Shown here piece by piece: positions 24,250 through 36,492 of a stretch of DNA of 49,336 bases. The stretch spans positions 1 to 49,336 of the forward strand of contig KZ539149.1 of the NCBI GenBank assembly GCA_000934665.2. Direction: 5' to 3'. A program made the translations under genes and the position numbers. Source of the stretch: Catajapyx aquilonaris (lineage: Eukaryota). The stretch's first letter is position 1. Each line of letters starts with the position of its first letter. Under the pieces are notes generated by a model. The model saw only the letters and a list, made by a program, of their open reading frames with translations, ran no database searches and had not been told where the DNA came from.

Positions 24250-24942
24250 ACGTAAGGGCTTACTTAGTCTGGAGTGTAGCTGGTAAAATTATTTAACTTT
24301 AATTGAAAGAGCGTAATTATGCACTTCCATTTTACCAGCTAGATTACCAGAATAAGTATTGCCGCTATGTTATTCACAAGGCGTTTTCGGGAACGCCATT
24401 TTCCTTTCACTTCAACTCGCTGAAAAGGTCATTTCTAGGCTGAAAATGGAAAAAAAAAGATGAACTAGGTGCCTTGCGCCAGATCATCTCTTTTTTGGTG
24501 CAATTTTTGTGTCGATTGCACCATTTTTATGGCTGTACGGCCACAGAAGCATCGACAGTTCGAATCCCCATATGCTGCCCATGCATGAGCTAGTTTGTTT
24601 GGGACATCACCAAGAGCTCCGCATTGTTACCGTATTTTTGGTAATGCGCCGCCTTAAGTAGGTGCAATTACATATCTTCACTGCCATCTCCTGCCATTTA
24701 CTGCAACTATTGGATTCCATCAGCATTGTTTCTTGTTGATATCAGCAAAGGTCCAGTTTTCCCCCTTTGAAGAACCTCTCATGCAGCATCATGAAATTAT
24801 TACAGGAAAGGCATTGGACCCATCTTCAGAAAGTCCAGATGGAAGGGCCGCAATAACAGACACCTGCCTACAACCTGGCTCCTGGCCTCCTCAATGGATC
24901 TCCACCTTTTCGTGTAGTGGTGTGGTGTGGGTGTGTGGGCAG

Positions 24943-25190
24943 GTATTGCTATCCTTGTGAGGTATTTATTTACGCGTTTTCCTATCCTTGTGAGGAATTT
25001 TGTCATTATGAGGCAGTTTTCCTGCACCTCATAGTGAACACACGCCTCACAAGGATAGGGAAAAATCGAAAAAATACCTCATAAAGACAGTAAAAATATA
25101 TTTCACCAAAATTTCGTGTTTCCTTGTAGGTTAGGTTAGTTTTAAATTTTAAATTTAGGAAAAACCTCACAAGGATAGCAATGCGCTCCT
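24943..25190. mobile_element. Non-autonomous DNA element embedded in GT-rich/(GT)n sequence
   Basis: ATTGCTATCCTTGTGAGG ... CCTCACAAGGATAGCAAT ends; internal CCTCACAAGGATAG and GGTTAGGTTAG; GT-repeat flanks on both sides. Confidence 0.65.
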
Positions 25191-25374
25191 GGGTGTGTGT
25201 GTGTTGGGGGGGGGGGAAGAGACCTTGAGACCTTGCATTTCTCCCATGACCCCAAGAGATATGCTGGCAGTAGCTTCATCTACTGGCAGCGCCACCCAAG
25301 TCAGACAGGTCTTTGGAATATGAGACAGACTAAAAGAGATACCAGTTTCTCTCTCCATCTGTCCCACCTTTGTG

Positions 25375-25583
25375 TCTTGTATAGATTGGTCAACATACGA
25401 ACGCAACCTAGTGTGCATCGCCGTGACACACAGGATGCAATACTGGAATCAGAAGTGATCTGTATGGCCATTCCAGTGTCAGAAATAAGTGTAACCTGCA
25501 ACAGATCACTCCTCATTCCAGGATTGCATCCTGTGTGCCACACTCGGTTGCATTCTTATGTTGACCGATCTATAATAGCCAGA
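25375..25583. repeat. Imperfect ~200-bp fold-back
   Basis: TATAGATTGGTCAACATA / TATGTTGACCGATCTATA and CACACAGGATGCAAT / ATTGCATCCTGTGTG. Confidence 0.65.
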
Positions 25584-27080
25584 TAGCCATAGTTGCTTCG
25601 GCTCATTCCTAATAAACCTAAACCAAACCTGGCTCCTGGATGGTTCTAATTTTGTGGTGCCTCATGCTCCACTAACTTTTTCACGTGGCTGAAATCCAAA
25701 GCGGGATCAGGAAGTGCAGAAGAAAAAAAAATTGTCACATAACCCACTTTTAATCGATATTCTTCATTTGATTACTAGAGGCATAAAAACAACTCCAGAA
25801 TAACTTTTTTAAATAGCATACATGACATCCACCCAACATATCTCCAACCATTGGAATGTGAACCTGATTGCAACTAATCCCCCTCCTCATTCACAACAAA
25901 AATAGTTAAAAAGTATTGACACTATTGTCTCCATATTGTAGTGCCACCAAAACCCAGACCCTATGGCTTCGCTCATTATCACAACGCAGTTTCGTGGGAC
26001 AAAAATCACCACTTTCTTTGCAGAGGGAGACTAATCTATCAGTTAGGAACTGAATTTAAGGAAGTGTGGGGTCTACTTGGTCAAAACAAACAAGTGTAAA
26101 GCTGGCGAAAAAATATGCAGCTCTTTGGCAAACTTATAAACTGACATGGGGTGGAATAAAATCGAGTGCAACAATAAGTGTGGGTGTGAATAAATTAACG
26201 AGGACAGGACAACCAACAAGTCTGAGAGGAAGAACTTTGACATTTTTTGTCTTCCATCTCCAGTTCAACAGTGAATATATCCTACGTGCTAACTCTCATT
26301 TTGTTAAACTCTTCGGGAAAACAGATAACCAGTGAAATAACTTGGATTTGTATAGTGTGATTAAACACTCCTTCCTTCATTTCAAAAATAATGGCAGACT
26401 GAAAAGGGAAGGCTTAAAACCTCGGTGTCCAACTCTTGCTTCAAGTCACACTTGGAAATTTTGCTGCCACGTGGCAAGTGCAAGTCGTTGGTGCATCATT
26501 TTTCATTGATTGGATAACATTTTCAACTCCTTCATTGTTGTTATTATTAGCATCAAGGGTTATATAATGCTGCAGAATGCAATACTTGATCATGTCATAT
26601 TACACTGCCTTTGGTGTGAATATTTCAGACTAATCAGTACATGAGGAGTTTGATTGCACCATACACTCCAAAAAATATTCCCTAAAAATTATTCTGCAAA
26701 TTACAACTCTTACTGCTCAACTGTTTACAAATATACATGTTCACAATAAATTAAAACCATTTCTAGATCAGTCTTGATTGATGACAAGTTCAAACATTTG
26801 TTAAAATCCTATTCATCTTATTGTAAAGTAGCATTAAGAATTCTTAGCAATTCTTTCCTTTCAATCACACCAATAATATTGAAGCCTTTGTGGTTTGTTA
26901 TCATTACATCATTCATTGGAAAGTGCTCTGGTCCAATACCAGCATTGCAATTCCACCAGCAGCTACAATGTGCATGACAGTAGCTTTGGATAATAATATT
27001 GTCTCTGACATCAAGATGTGACTGTACCATGGCTAGTTATGAGTTTCTGCTGGACACCGAGGAATTTCAAGACAAGTCAC

Positions 27081-27230
27081 TCACAAGTCTTCTTTCTTCT
27101 GCCCAGAAACCACATGATCATCTCTACCTTCTTCTTCAGATGCCTGGACAAGCATGTCCTGGACCACATCTGAGAACTTTGAGAAGACTGGATGCACCGA
27201 ATGTTGCAAACCCTGAAGAGACTCCTCTGC
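27081..27230 (-). CDS. GRAMD1B: GRAMD1/Aster terminal coding exon
   Basis: Acceptor ttcaatccag| with an upstream ctaac branch point; encodes AEESLQGLQHSVHP...GQKKEDL*. Confidence 0.8.
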   Translation of the reverse strand, partial: AEESLQGLQHSVHPVFSKFSDVVQDMLVQASEEEGRDDHVVSGQKKEDL

Positions 27231-27578
27231 CTGGATTGAATGTAACATGTGGTTAGACATTCATCAATCACCACAAATAAATCACGAACCACAGTTTCAA
27301 ACAGGTCACAAGCATAGCATCATCAATTCTAGGTTAAGGACAAGACCTTCACCTCCGTTGGAAGAGTCATGTGATAAGCCTCTGTACCTAGGAACTTTAT
27401 GAAAACCTCACATTTCTGTAGGAAGAAGTGGGAGACCAGGGCAAAATTGCATACTGGTATCTGTTTTTTGTGACAATTAATATATCAAAAATGGTGTCAC
27501 ATTTTTGGTACACTTATGCTCCTGCCAAAATTTATGTTTTTATTTATAGGCACCAAATAGGTATAGGCTTGTAGCTCA

Positions 27579-28383
27579 CACGGGAAGGCCACCGCTTGTA
27601 CATGGAGTTGCTGAATGAAACTTGGCACGATAATATAGGCAGGTTAGTTATTATTAACCAAAATGTAAATCATTTCGGCCTAGCAATACAAGGTGAAAAG
27701 TTATGACCTCCCGAAGTTCAGCCTGGCCAGCCTACCTAAGCGGGAAGGGTAAATTAGCACTTACAAATGTTTTTAATTGTGTCTTCAAAACAAAACACCC
27801 AAGTGCACCCAGTTGGTGCAGCCCCTGGATGTTTATTTCTTCCGGCCATACAAATTTTTTGTGAAGTATGTAACTGATCAGTCTCTGTATATTGCCCCTG
27901 ACTATGCAATATGGCAAAGGGAGACCCTTCTTCTGCAGGCATGCACTCATTTTCAGTTTTTGGTTGCCCTGTTTGTTAATTCATTATGTACGCATTTTAC
28001 AAAGCTGGCTATTCGGAAGAGAGGCCTGATGCGTTCCAAACGCCTTCTGAATTCTGCTTTTACTCTAGTAGTCATCCAAATGATACATGCCTGCAGTGCA
28101 GGAACTTGTCGTTTATATGATGTGCTCATTGTACAAAAATGGTTTGTTTTGAACATATAATTTAAAACATGCATAAGTGCTCATTTGCTATGCTTCTTTT
28201 GATCTGCCAGTGCTTTACCCTTCCCGCTTAGGTAAGCTGTCCAGGTTGACATCGAGAGGTCATAACTTTTGACCTTGTATCGCTAGGCTGAAATGGTTTG
28301 CATTTTGGTTAATAACTTACCTGCCTATATTATTGTGCCAAGTTTCATTCAGCAACTCCATGTACAATGGGTGACTTTTCTTG
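27579..28383 (+). mobile_element. Tc4/Tc5-like DNA transposon, internally deleted, with decayed transposase C-terminus
   Basis: C-TCA-CACGGGAAGGCCACC ... GGTGACTTTTCTTG-TCA-G; TIRs of about 175 bp. Internal peptide PKCTQLVQPLDVYFFRPYK, then after a frameshift IMYAFYKAGY...EFCF...CLQC..FI*CAHCTKMVCFEH. Confidence 0.8.
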
Positions 28384-29383
28384 TCAGATCTCAGTCACTA
28401 TTGAGAATGCTTATTTGTACCTCACATAGGAGCTGTGAACTTTTCTCAAATTTGGCAGGAGAGAAGGCCTTACATTTGGGTGACGTCATTTACACCATGC
28501 ACAAAGCAAAATTATTTGTTGCTCTGACATTACCAAGTTACAATGTCATATACAAGGTCAGAAAACAACTCTGAATTCTTTGCTTGATTTGGAAAACATC
28601 TCACAATAAATTATTTCATATTTTGTGAATGAATTCTTCACTTATATCAGCAGGGAATGTCTCCATAAATAATGGCAGCTCCTAAGCATTATCACTGTCT
28701 TTTGTGGATTATACATATTATTCATGCATACATAATGGTGCAATACCCAAACACACAGTTTAACATGGATGTAGGTGGAAGTTAGGGCATGTTCACCCCC
28801 AGCAACCAGTTTAAAAAAAACGCAAGCCTATTGGAAGGAACAATTAAAGCCAAACTCATTTGGCATCACTTAATTCTCTCATGGTTCTTAGAGTTAATAG
28901 TCCATAACTTCTTTCCCATCTCCATTGCTGGAATACTGAAGTAGGCAGTGCACCATCCTGCATATTGTTTCATGCACTACTGATAGGCCAGAGTGATAAA
29001 ATGCAGCCTTGTGGTTTTGAAACTGCTATTGTGTCATCAGAAAAAGAAATTCCAACATACTGTCAAGGTCCTACAAAGGTCCTCTATTGGGGGGCAATAA
29101 CTTATGAATATATTGTTTCAGTCAGTACCAAACACACCTTGCCATTGACTTGCTTCACATATATGCTGACCTACAAATAGCCAGTGAAATGACATCACCT
29201 GCCACTGATAATGATAAATATTGTAATTGAGGTTATCAGTATAACACAATACAATGTGAACAGTTGCCTCCTACACACATTTTGCTGGCAGTTCATGAAT
29301 TGTTAACTGTGACCTGATTAATTATCTGGACTCTCATCAAAGTATCATATAGGACTGCCCCTCCACTGTTAAGTTTTCCTAAC

Positions 29384-29504
29384 CTGTCGCAAGAGTTGTA
29401 TGGCTGAATTTAATATCCGATGCCACTTCTCCAGCTCAATCTGATGGAGGGCTTCCTGTTGTTGCAGCAAACGGACCCACTCGGCATGGTTCTGAGGAGG
29501 CTTC
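29384..29504 (-). CDS. GRAMD1B: GRAMD1/Aster exon (luminal helix)
   Basis: KPPQNHAEWVRLLQQQEALHQIELEKWHRILNSAIQLLRQ; acceptor cactaacag|, donor CAG|gttagg. Confidence 0.9.
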
Positions 29505-29577
29505 CTGTTAGTGGGAGAAGCAGGATTAAAACTGACCTTTCTTTTTTTTATGACTCTCCACCTACTCAGTGCCTAAC

Positions 29578-29767
29578 CTGAGAACTTGAAGATCAATAAC
29601 TGGTGGAAATCTGGAAGAGTCCTGGGCCCATTGCTCCAGGAACCACAGCTTATAGTAGAGGAGGGCATTGAGGAGCAGTAGCAAGATCAGGATTCCAAAC
29701 ACAACCTTAACTGTGCGGTCAGATGCACCTCCACGTTCTTGGGACAACGTTGACACAATTGACCCAC
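29578..29767 (-). CDS. GRAMD1B: GRAMD1/Aster exon (transmembrane helix)
   Basis: VKVVFGILILLLLLNALLYYKLWFLEQ; donor AG|gttagg, phase 1/2. Confidence 0.88.
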
Positions 29768-30133
29768 CTTTTTCAAAAAAAGATGAACAATTTAGAATAA
29801 AACTTTGCACTGTTTGAAGAACTGATATTTTGCCACTGAATACCATATTTGGAAATCCCAAAAAACCTCAACACTTAATCTCCCAACTTATGGACTCGTA
29901 TGACAGTGTATTACAACAAATTACATTAGAGAATGTATTGCTAATAAGTCCAAGACTTGGACAGAAAGAGCCTTGGCTTTCATATACTGTTGTTGCAAAA
30001 AGAAAGAACAGTTTGGGCTTGTTTTGGAGGGCACAAAATTCTTTTTGTCCTTGGCACTAGCTAAATGTGAAGTATTAATTTGTGAAGTACTTCATATACA
30101 TCTTGGGTGTAGTTGGTGCACTTACTCAGAATA

Positions 30134-30334
30134 CAGGGCATTCCAAATTCCCTGGGCATAATTATATAGCTTGTTGTGCCCCTAACCAGGTGGCCAACTC
30201 TATAGAAACTGTTATATTCGACCACCTGGGAGTAATGGGGCACCTGGATCGAGGCACAACAAGCTACACAAAAATAACTACTTCAGGCGATATCAGTGAT
30301 AACTAAAAACGAGCCACAAACTTAGAACACCCTG
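30134..30334. mobile_element. Tc1/mariner-type MITE related to 44195-44791
   Basis: TA-CAGGGCATTCCAA ... TTAGAACACCCTG-TA; shares GGGCACCTGGATCG with the 44.2-kb element. Confidence 0.7.
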
Positions 30335-30984
30335 TATAATGACAAATAAAAGATTGTAAAAAGGGACTGTTCATAAAATTTGCCACACTGGTAGTGGGAT
30401 ATGGGGAGTTGATATCAGCATGATCAACCACAATATGGGGATGGGTTGCACAGAGTGACATCACATTCAAAAGTGGTAATACAACAATGGTACTAAAAAA
30501 CAGGGGCTACAAAGTCACTTTGTGTGTGTGTGGGGGGGGGGGGGGGGGGGGNNNNNNNNNNNNNNNNNATTAGCATGATGTCCTTTATCAATAACCCAGA
30601 AGATATCCCTTGTTACTGAAGAGACGCAGCCAAATGTGTAAATGAAAGGCAACGATGCAGTGTAAATATCCTGTAAATTATGTTGTGATTGGAGCAGTCT
30701 CTGCAGCCTCACCTTAATTTAATGTCAAACAGCAATAGTTTGTTGCAATATTTTTTCATAAGTTTCTCATAAGTTTCTGAAAACATATTGATCTGCAGCA
30801 CTGCTTTAGAGAACTTTTGGAATAGCAAGAGTTACAAAAAACAACCTAGTATATCTGATAACAGTGACCAGTGCATTTACGATTTTTCAGAAGAAGAAAC
30901 AACTTGCCATACTATATGAACTGCGTCTGTTACATCTAATCACTCACACTTATGGTGCTCCATTGCCACCAACTAAACACTCAC

Positions 30985-31227
30985 GTGCTTTCTTGATCCC
31001 ATTGTGCTGCATGGGGAGAGGATTTCCTGCAGACACTGAGTCCTCATCTCCTACACCTCCCACTCCAACCCCTCCCACCCCACCAACTCCAAGCTTTTGT
31101 TGCCTTCTCCTCCTCATTAGTCGCCTCTGTTTGCTGGACTTGTGGTCTTTGCATTCTGCTCTCAGAGAACGTTCCAAGTGAGAGAAGTAATCTTCCAGGC
31201 CTATCCAGCTATTCTTCTCTATGAATG
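30985..31227 (-). CDS. GRAMD1B: GRAMD1/Aster exon (end of VASt domain, basic linker)
   Basis: (A)FIEKNSWIGLEDYFSHLERSL...RRLMRRRR; acceptor ttctacttcag|, donor C|gtgagt. Confidence 0.88.
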
Positions 31228-32300
31228 CTGAAGTAGAAAAAAATGTGGAAGCTTAAGATCAGAGGTCAAAATCCCAAGCAGTAAAGCAAAAATTCCCAAA
31301 GCACAGCATAGCTACACCTGGCTACACCAATCTGATTGAAAATGTAGAAAAAAATACAATAACTGCTATTTAAGTTTCCACAACTAAACTCACAATAGGC
31401 AATCTAAGATATGAGCAATTGAATGAATGTATTGCAACAATGCCTCCTAAATAATCACCTCAGAATCTGACAATTCAAATTTTCAGATGCAAAACTATTA
31501 GGCCTATGCTATGCAAAAAAAAACAGCATGCAAATCATGTCACACTGGCATAAAATGCTTAAGATTATAAATAACAGATTAATGGTTATGATTATTAAAG
31601 AAAGATTATGATCCATTAAGTAGTAAAGTGGGAATTAAATAGGATTAATAATGTATTGCTGCAATAGTGACAGAGCGAAAAGCATCATGTTGCAACACAG
31701 AATACAGATGCAGCTTTTACATGGCCTATGCTATCACTAAGGGCCGGTTTCACTGAGCCCAGTTTTGATAAAAAACCCCGTTCTTTAGGAAAATCCCTGC
31801 AAATAGAATAGGGATTTTCCAAAAGGACTGGTTTTTTTTAATCGAAACCAGCCATAAGGCACAAATATATTAGATTAGGCATTTATATGTAAAGAAATGT
31901 GAATCTATCACAGTGGAATACTTCCCAGCCCTTTTCCATGCACTCTAGCACATAGCCATAACGCAATAAAATCAAGTTTCTCAGAAAATATCAATTTAAA
32001 AAAACAGAAAGAAGTGAGTTGTATAGTAATAGGGTTGCATTCGGCTCTCAACTGGTCTGTTTTGAAATCTTTTAAACCAAAAGGTCCATAAATTCTCCCG
32101 AATGCCAGCTGCATCTTCTTAACAAAGTATCCTAGGCTTACTTGCAATTTATAATTTGAATAATGAAATGTGAACTACAGTAGAACCCCAATTATCCGAC
32201 TCCTCAGTTTATCCGACCCTCCCACTCCGGCAATAAATCTGTGGTTTTTCATGATATTGTCATGTTCTATGCATTTGTTTGTTATGCCATAGGTAAATAA

Positions 32301-32543
32301 GGGGTCGGTGCAATACCGCCCTAACCCACCAAATGACACAAATTGAGTTAAGCACACTTCCATGTACTACACTCATGTATCTAATAAAATCCATTGAAAT
32401 TGTGCAGTTTCTGCCATCGGTCACTGAGAAATCAAATGAAATAAGTCACATGGTATATGGGATGTATATGGCCTCTCAAACTTTCAACTGCAGTTTTCTC
32501 AAAATCAGGTTTGGGAGGGTTAGGGCAGTATTGCACCGACCCC
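32301..32543. mobile_element. Kolobok-like MITE nested in the Tigger-like MITE
   Basis: ATAA-GGGGTCGGTGCAATACCGCCCTAACCC ... GGGTTAGGGCAGTATTGCACCGACCCC-TTAA. Confidence 0.75.
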
Positions 32544-32662
32544 TTAATTGTAAATACAGTACAGTAGAGTGTGCGTAAAAGATAAATACTCCACTATTTC
32601 TTAGAAAACCATAATATTACGTTATTTCATGTTTTAATATGGTATTTGTTCTGTTTTATTAA

Positions 32663-32941
32663 CACTTAACTAGCGACCTGGAAAATCCTAACACTCACGG
32701 TGACCTGGGGTCTTTAAACACCCCAGGGGATTTTAAATATAAATTGCCTTTAATGATAAATATTTGCTTTTTAATTCTTTTACACAACACCTGCAACTGT
32801 TTTCTACAATTTGGTTTAATTTTCAACTCTCTAGCTGCCGTAGAACGGAATTTAAAAAATCACATACCTAACCATGCAATATTTTCATAACAAAAATATT
32901 GCACCTCGGGTATTAAAAGACCCCAGGTCACCAGTTAAGGG
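32663..32941. mobile_element. piggyBac-like MITE nested in the Tigger-like MITE
   Basis: TTAA-CACTTAACTAGCGACCTGG ... CCAGGTCACCAGTTAAGGG-TTAA. Confidence 0.7.
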
Positions 32942-33491
32942 TTAAAGTTTTGTACTCCTCGGATTATCAGACCTTTTCGGTTATCCGACGATGCCCCAGT
33001 CCCGTTGGTGACGGATAATCGGGGTTTGACTGTATGTACATTTCTGCATGATGAACATGTAATGGCCCCTGGTAAACTTGCCTATTTCTGCCTTCATGGG
33101 AAATAAGTACATGAATAAGAGGAATCATCAAGCCCACTCTTGACTTGTTTACAGCCCCTCAAGGTAGAAATAGGCAACTCTTGATATGATGCAGCATTAT
33201 TTTACCACAGGCTAATTCATGTTCATCATGAATTAAGTGTGCTATATGCAAGAATTATGGCCTGTTCCACTAAGGTTATGTTATAAATCCTAGTTTTTTT
33301 TGGAAAATCTTTACTTTTGATTGTTGTCAACAATGGCTGCTATGGCAATTCTTGTTATAACTGAGGTTCTAAAATTTAACCAGCTTGGTGAAACCCGCCC
33401 TTAATGATAGCATTTGCATTCAACAAGTTTAACTATTTTGTTCAGTAAATGTTCAATTATGCTTGCAAGAAAAGCTACAAAAATGTCTGAC

Positions 33492-33806
33492 CTTTAACGA
33501 GTCCCCACACAGACTTCCTGTACTTGACTTGCGACCAAACACTCAACTGAGACTCCCCATCGCTGACTCTGGTGATACAGAAATGTGATGATATTGCAAA
33601 GGTGTCCGCATATGGGACACCTGCATTAACAGCTTCAGTGTCAATGGCATAAAGATGGCCGGGCTTGCTGCATGGCATCATCTGTTGGGTTTCTGTCACC
33701 TGAGTTTGCTTGGGACCCATGGCGTGGTTCAGAGGGACTGTGTATGTGCACACACGAAGCTTCTGGCTTGTCTCTGGGCTTATCTGCCATGGATTCTGGA
33801 TCATGT
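33492..33806 (-). CDS. GRAMD1B: GRAMD1/Aster exon (VASt domain)
   Basis: MIQNPWQ...YTVPLNHAMGPK...NAGVPYADTF...VKYRKSVWGLVK; phase 1/1. Confidence 0.92.
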
Positions 33807-34677
33807 CTGCATTAATAGGGTGGGAATGGGAGGTCAACATCAGTCACATGATCCTACACACAAAAATAATCACAAGCTTAGAGAGATAAGCAAGGACACA
33901 AAATTCAGATGGGTCATGCCAAAAGTACATGTATCAGGGTAGGGAATGTAGAACAAGATTGGCTAGTTATTGTTTAATAGCATAACCACATAATGTAATT
34001 TTTAATGTTCCCATACATATATTTTTGTTTATTCTTATGTGTTGTTAATCAAGTATTAGAAAAGTCTCTTTCAAGTTTCTGCACCAAGAAGGGCAGCGCA
34101 GACCCAACAAGACCCATCACTTTGGGCTGGCCTTCTTGTCATAATGGTAGTAATGACATAGACTCCTGATTGTAGGTGAAGTAATGTATAAATTCATAGG
34201 GTGGCATAAACATTTTCTGGCACAAGCACAAGGTCATGAGTTTTGATGTGAGGTCCAGATGATGTCCTTGATAGCACATAATAACGGGCACTGAAATGGA
34301 TGAGTCATACAAGCAAGTACACATGCACTGAATTGCAAAAACACAAAAAAGCATCTAAACTGGCTGTAGTGATTAAAGTGTGGACATTGAGCTTGCCACA
34401 TAATCAGCTTGCACTAGCAATCCAAATTCAACAACTTGAGAGATAAGAGTCAACTCATCACTACCGGTATGACACAACATCGCAATGCATCAATTTCTAT
34501 ATCAATTTCCTATAAGCTTAACATATTTCAAGAAACTCTTTTAAAAGACATTACAATAAAATCAGAACAAAGCAAATTACATTCTTCACTCAAAAATGGT
34601 ATGAAAAGTTATTTAACCCCTTTTTAAAACCCCAAATTGATTCTTGCTATTTGTATAAACGGAAACTACAGCCTCAC

Positions 34678-34830
34678 CAATGGTCTTTCTCGATGTTTGG
34701 AAGTCCATGTAGAATTTAGAGTTGGTAAACAAGAGTGTGAAGAGCTGGTCAACATGAACAGGGAGAACCATGGTGATCATCTCACGACCCTCATGACTTG
34801 ATGTACATACAGCAGGTGCATCAGACTTAT
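34678..34830 (-). CDS. GRAMD1B: GRAMD1/Aster exon (start of VASt/StART-like domain)
   Basis: (D)KSDAPAVCTSSHEGREMITMVLPVHVDQLFTLLFTNSKFYMDFQTSRKTI; acceptor tttatccag|, donor G|gtgagg. Confidence 0.9.
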
Positions 34831-36188
34831 CTGGATAAATGAAAGGGAAAAGAGAGTACAGGAGTACTGTCATCTATTGACAAAACTCCATAGCAGTATA
34901 TGTCAGCAGGAACTAATCCATCATAGGTATTTTGAAGACATGGACATAACATTGGAAGTAAAGACCAAAACTAGGAAAGACTGACATGCAGACAGGTGTG
35001 TAGGAGCAATTGTTAGACTTCAGAAGGCAAGTAATATAACGGACATAAGTTATTGAGATGGTGAACTTTTTTTAAAACACTCACACCTTCCTAGGTAACC
35101 AACCCATGATAGTGTTGACAATAAATATTAGGCAAGTGGCAAAGATCAAAACAATGTGAATAACAAATGAGAATTTTCCTGTATGGGGTGTGGGCATCTT
35201 ATCCCTGGTTCCAGATCAAGATGTCATCCATGTAGGCATTTATTCAGTTGCCACACAAATAATTTTTATTGTTTATTGTAATAGATCCTATTCGCAATAA
35301 AGGGTGTCCAACACAAAATCAGTGTGAAGAAACTTGTAGCACAAATGTAGTGTGATTTCAGTGATATATGAAAATATCAGAGATGTATGTTTAGATATAA
35401 GTTACAGCAGAACAAGATTTGTTACATAACAAAAATATTGTTTCATCCCCCACTAGATGGTGAGGGAGTCTAGTGGTGGACCTGGAGAAGAGGCTTTTGT
35501 GGGTAGTATTCAGTTGTAAGGCAGCCTTGGCTGAGGCTAGGACTAATAAATAGGTTGTGGGCATCCTACCTATTATTGGACCACGGCCATGATATCCGCA
35601 TTAAATCAGACATTACAGAAAACAAAATTAATTAATAACTGACCAGTTATTTGTGTCACCTTCACCCAAAGTGTATCAAAAGTCTTAGGCTCAGCCAAAG
35701 TACACATTAAGACTTACGTATAAGAACATTTTATATGCCCTGGGTTCTTCACACTGAAATATCATGGCCTTCTGGTGGGTGTGGCCATCTTTTATTGACC
35801 TCCAGTTTCTCACCAATGAAATATGTAACCCACTGTGCACTGGTGAAATTCAATCTGCAGATTAAGCAGAGCAAAATTACAGATAGCTCTTTAAAAGAAT
35901 TAAATTTGTTGGTGGAACAGGACATTAATCTGGTTTTCCAAGATATCATTTACAGTGGTCTGAAATTCTCATTTAAAGCACAGTACGTAATCTCAATAAC
36001 AATTATGCACTAAGCATTGCATAAAGCAAAATATTTTTTCCATTATATTACTCCTTCTTCTGGTTAGTATGAGGCCAATTCAAATAAAAGTGAGCCAGTT
36101 GATGCCATATGGACAAAATTGTGCACTACAAGACTACTGTAGCATGAAATATCATGAAGCTTCTAATGGCTCTCACCTACCCACTAAC

Positions 36189-36221
36189 CAAATGGGGTTG
36201 TCATTAGAGCACCAGTGGAAC
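36189..36221 (-). CDS. GRAMD1B: Candidate 33-nt cassette microexon of GRAMD1 (GSTGALMTTPF)
   Basis: ttttctgtag| ... G|gttagt; symmetric phase 1/1, open, and matches the phases of both neighbouring exons. Confidence 0.45.
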
Positions 36222-36492
36222 CTACAGAAAATCTTCCATTTACCTTCACTCCAAATTATTGTATTCAATGCTCATCGAAAAGTGACTGGTTGATCATATC
36301 CAGGCAGCTACAATGATTGCTATCACCAGTGGAATGTTATTGTAACCATATCCAGTGTATTCCAACTTAGCTATGGCTGAATAGAAGCAGTCACTCAGAC
36401 CCTAAATTGCTGTGAATTTCTGAGCTTAAGACATTGAAAGCAATCTTTATTGACCCATTGGCATCTGAGGCCAATGGTTGGACCCATTAGAC

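Larger units (their letters stand above)
32178..33032. mobile_element. Tigger-like MITE (nested)
   Basis: TA-CAGTAGAACCCCAATTATCCG ... CGGATAATCGGGGTTTGACTG-TA. Confidence 0.8.
31741..33400. mobile_element. Harbinger- or Kolobok-like element hosting nested MITEs
   Basis: CTAA-GGGCCGGTTTCAC ... GTGAAACCCGCCC-TTAA. Confidence 0.6.

Noticed and set aside
27340..27390. Alternative GRAMD1 last exon at ttcctag|GTACAG
   Set aside because: Stops after six codons and lacks the EESL helix found in the exon starting at 27230.
30520..30570. Poly-G tract as a G-quadruplex element
   Set aside because: Abuts an N gap, so its length and sequence are unreliable.
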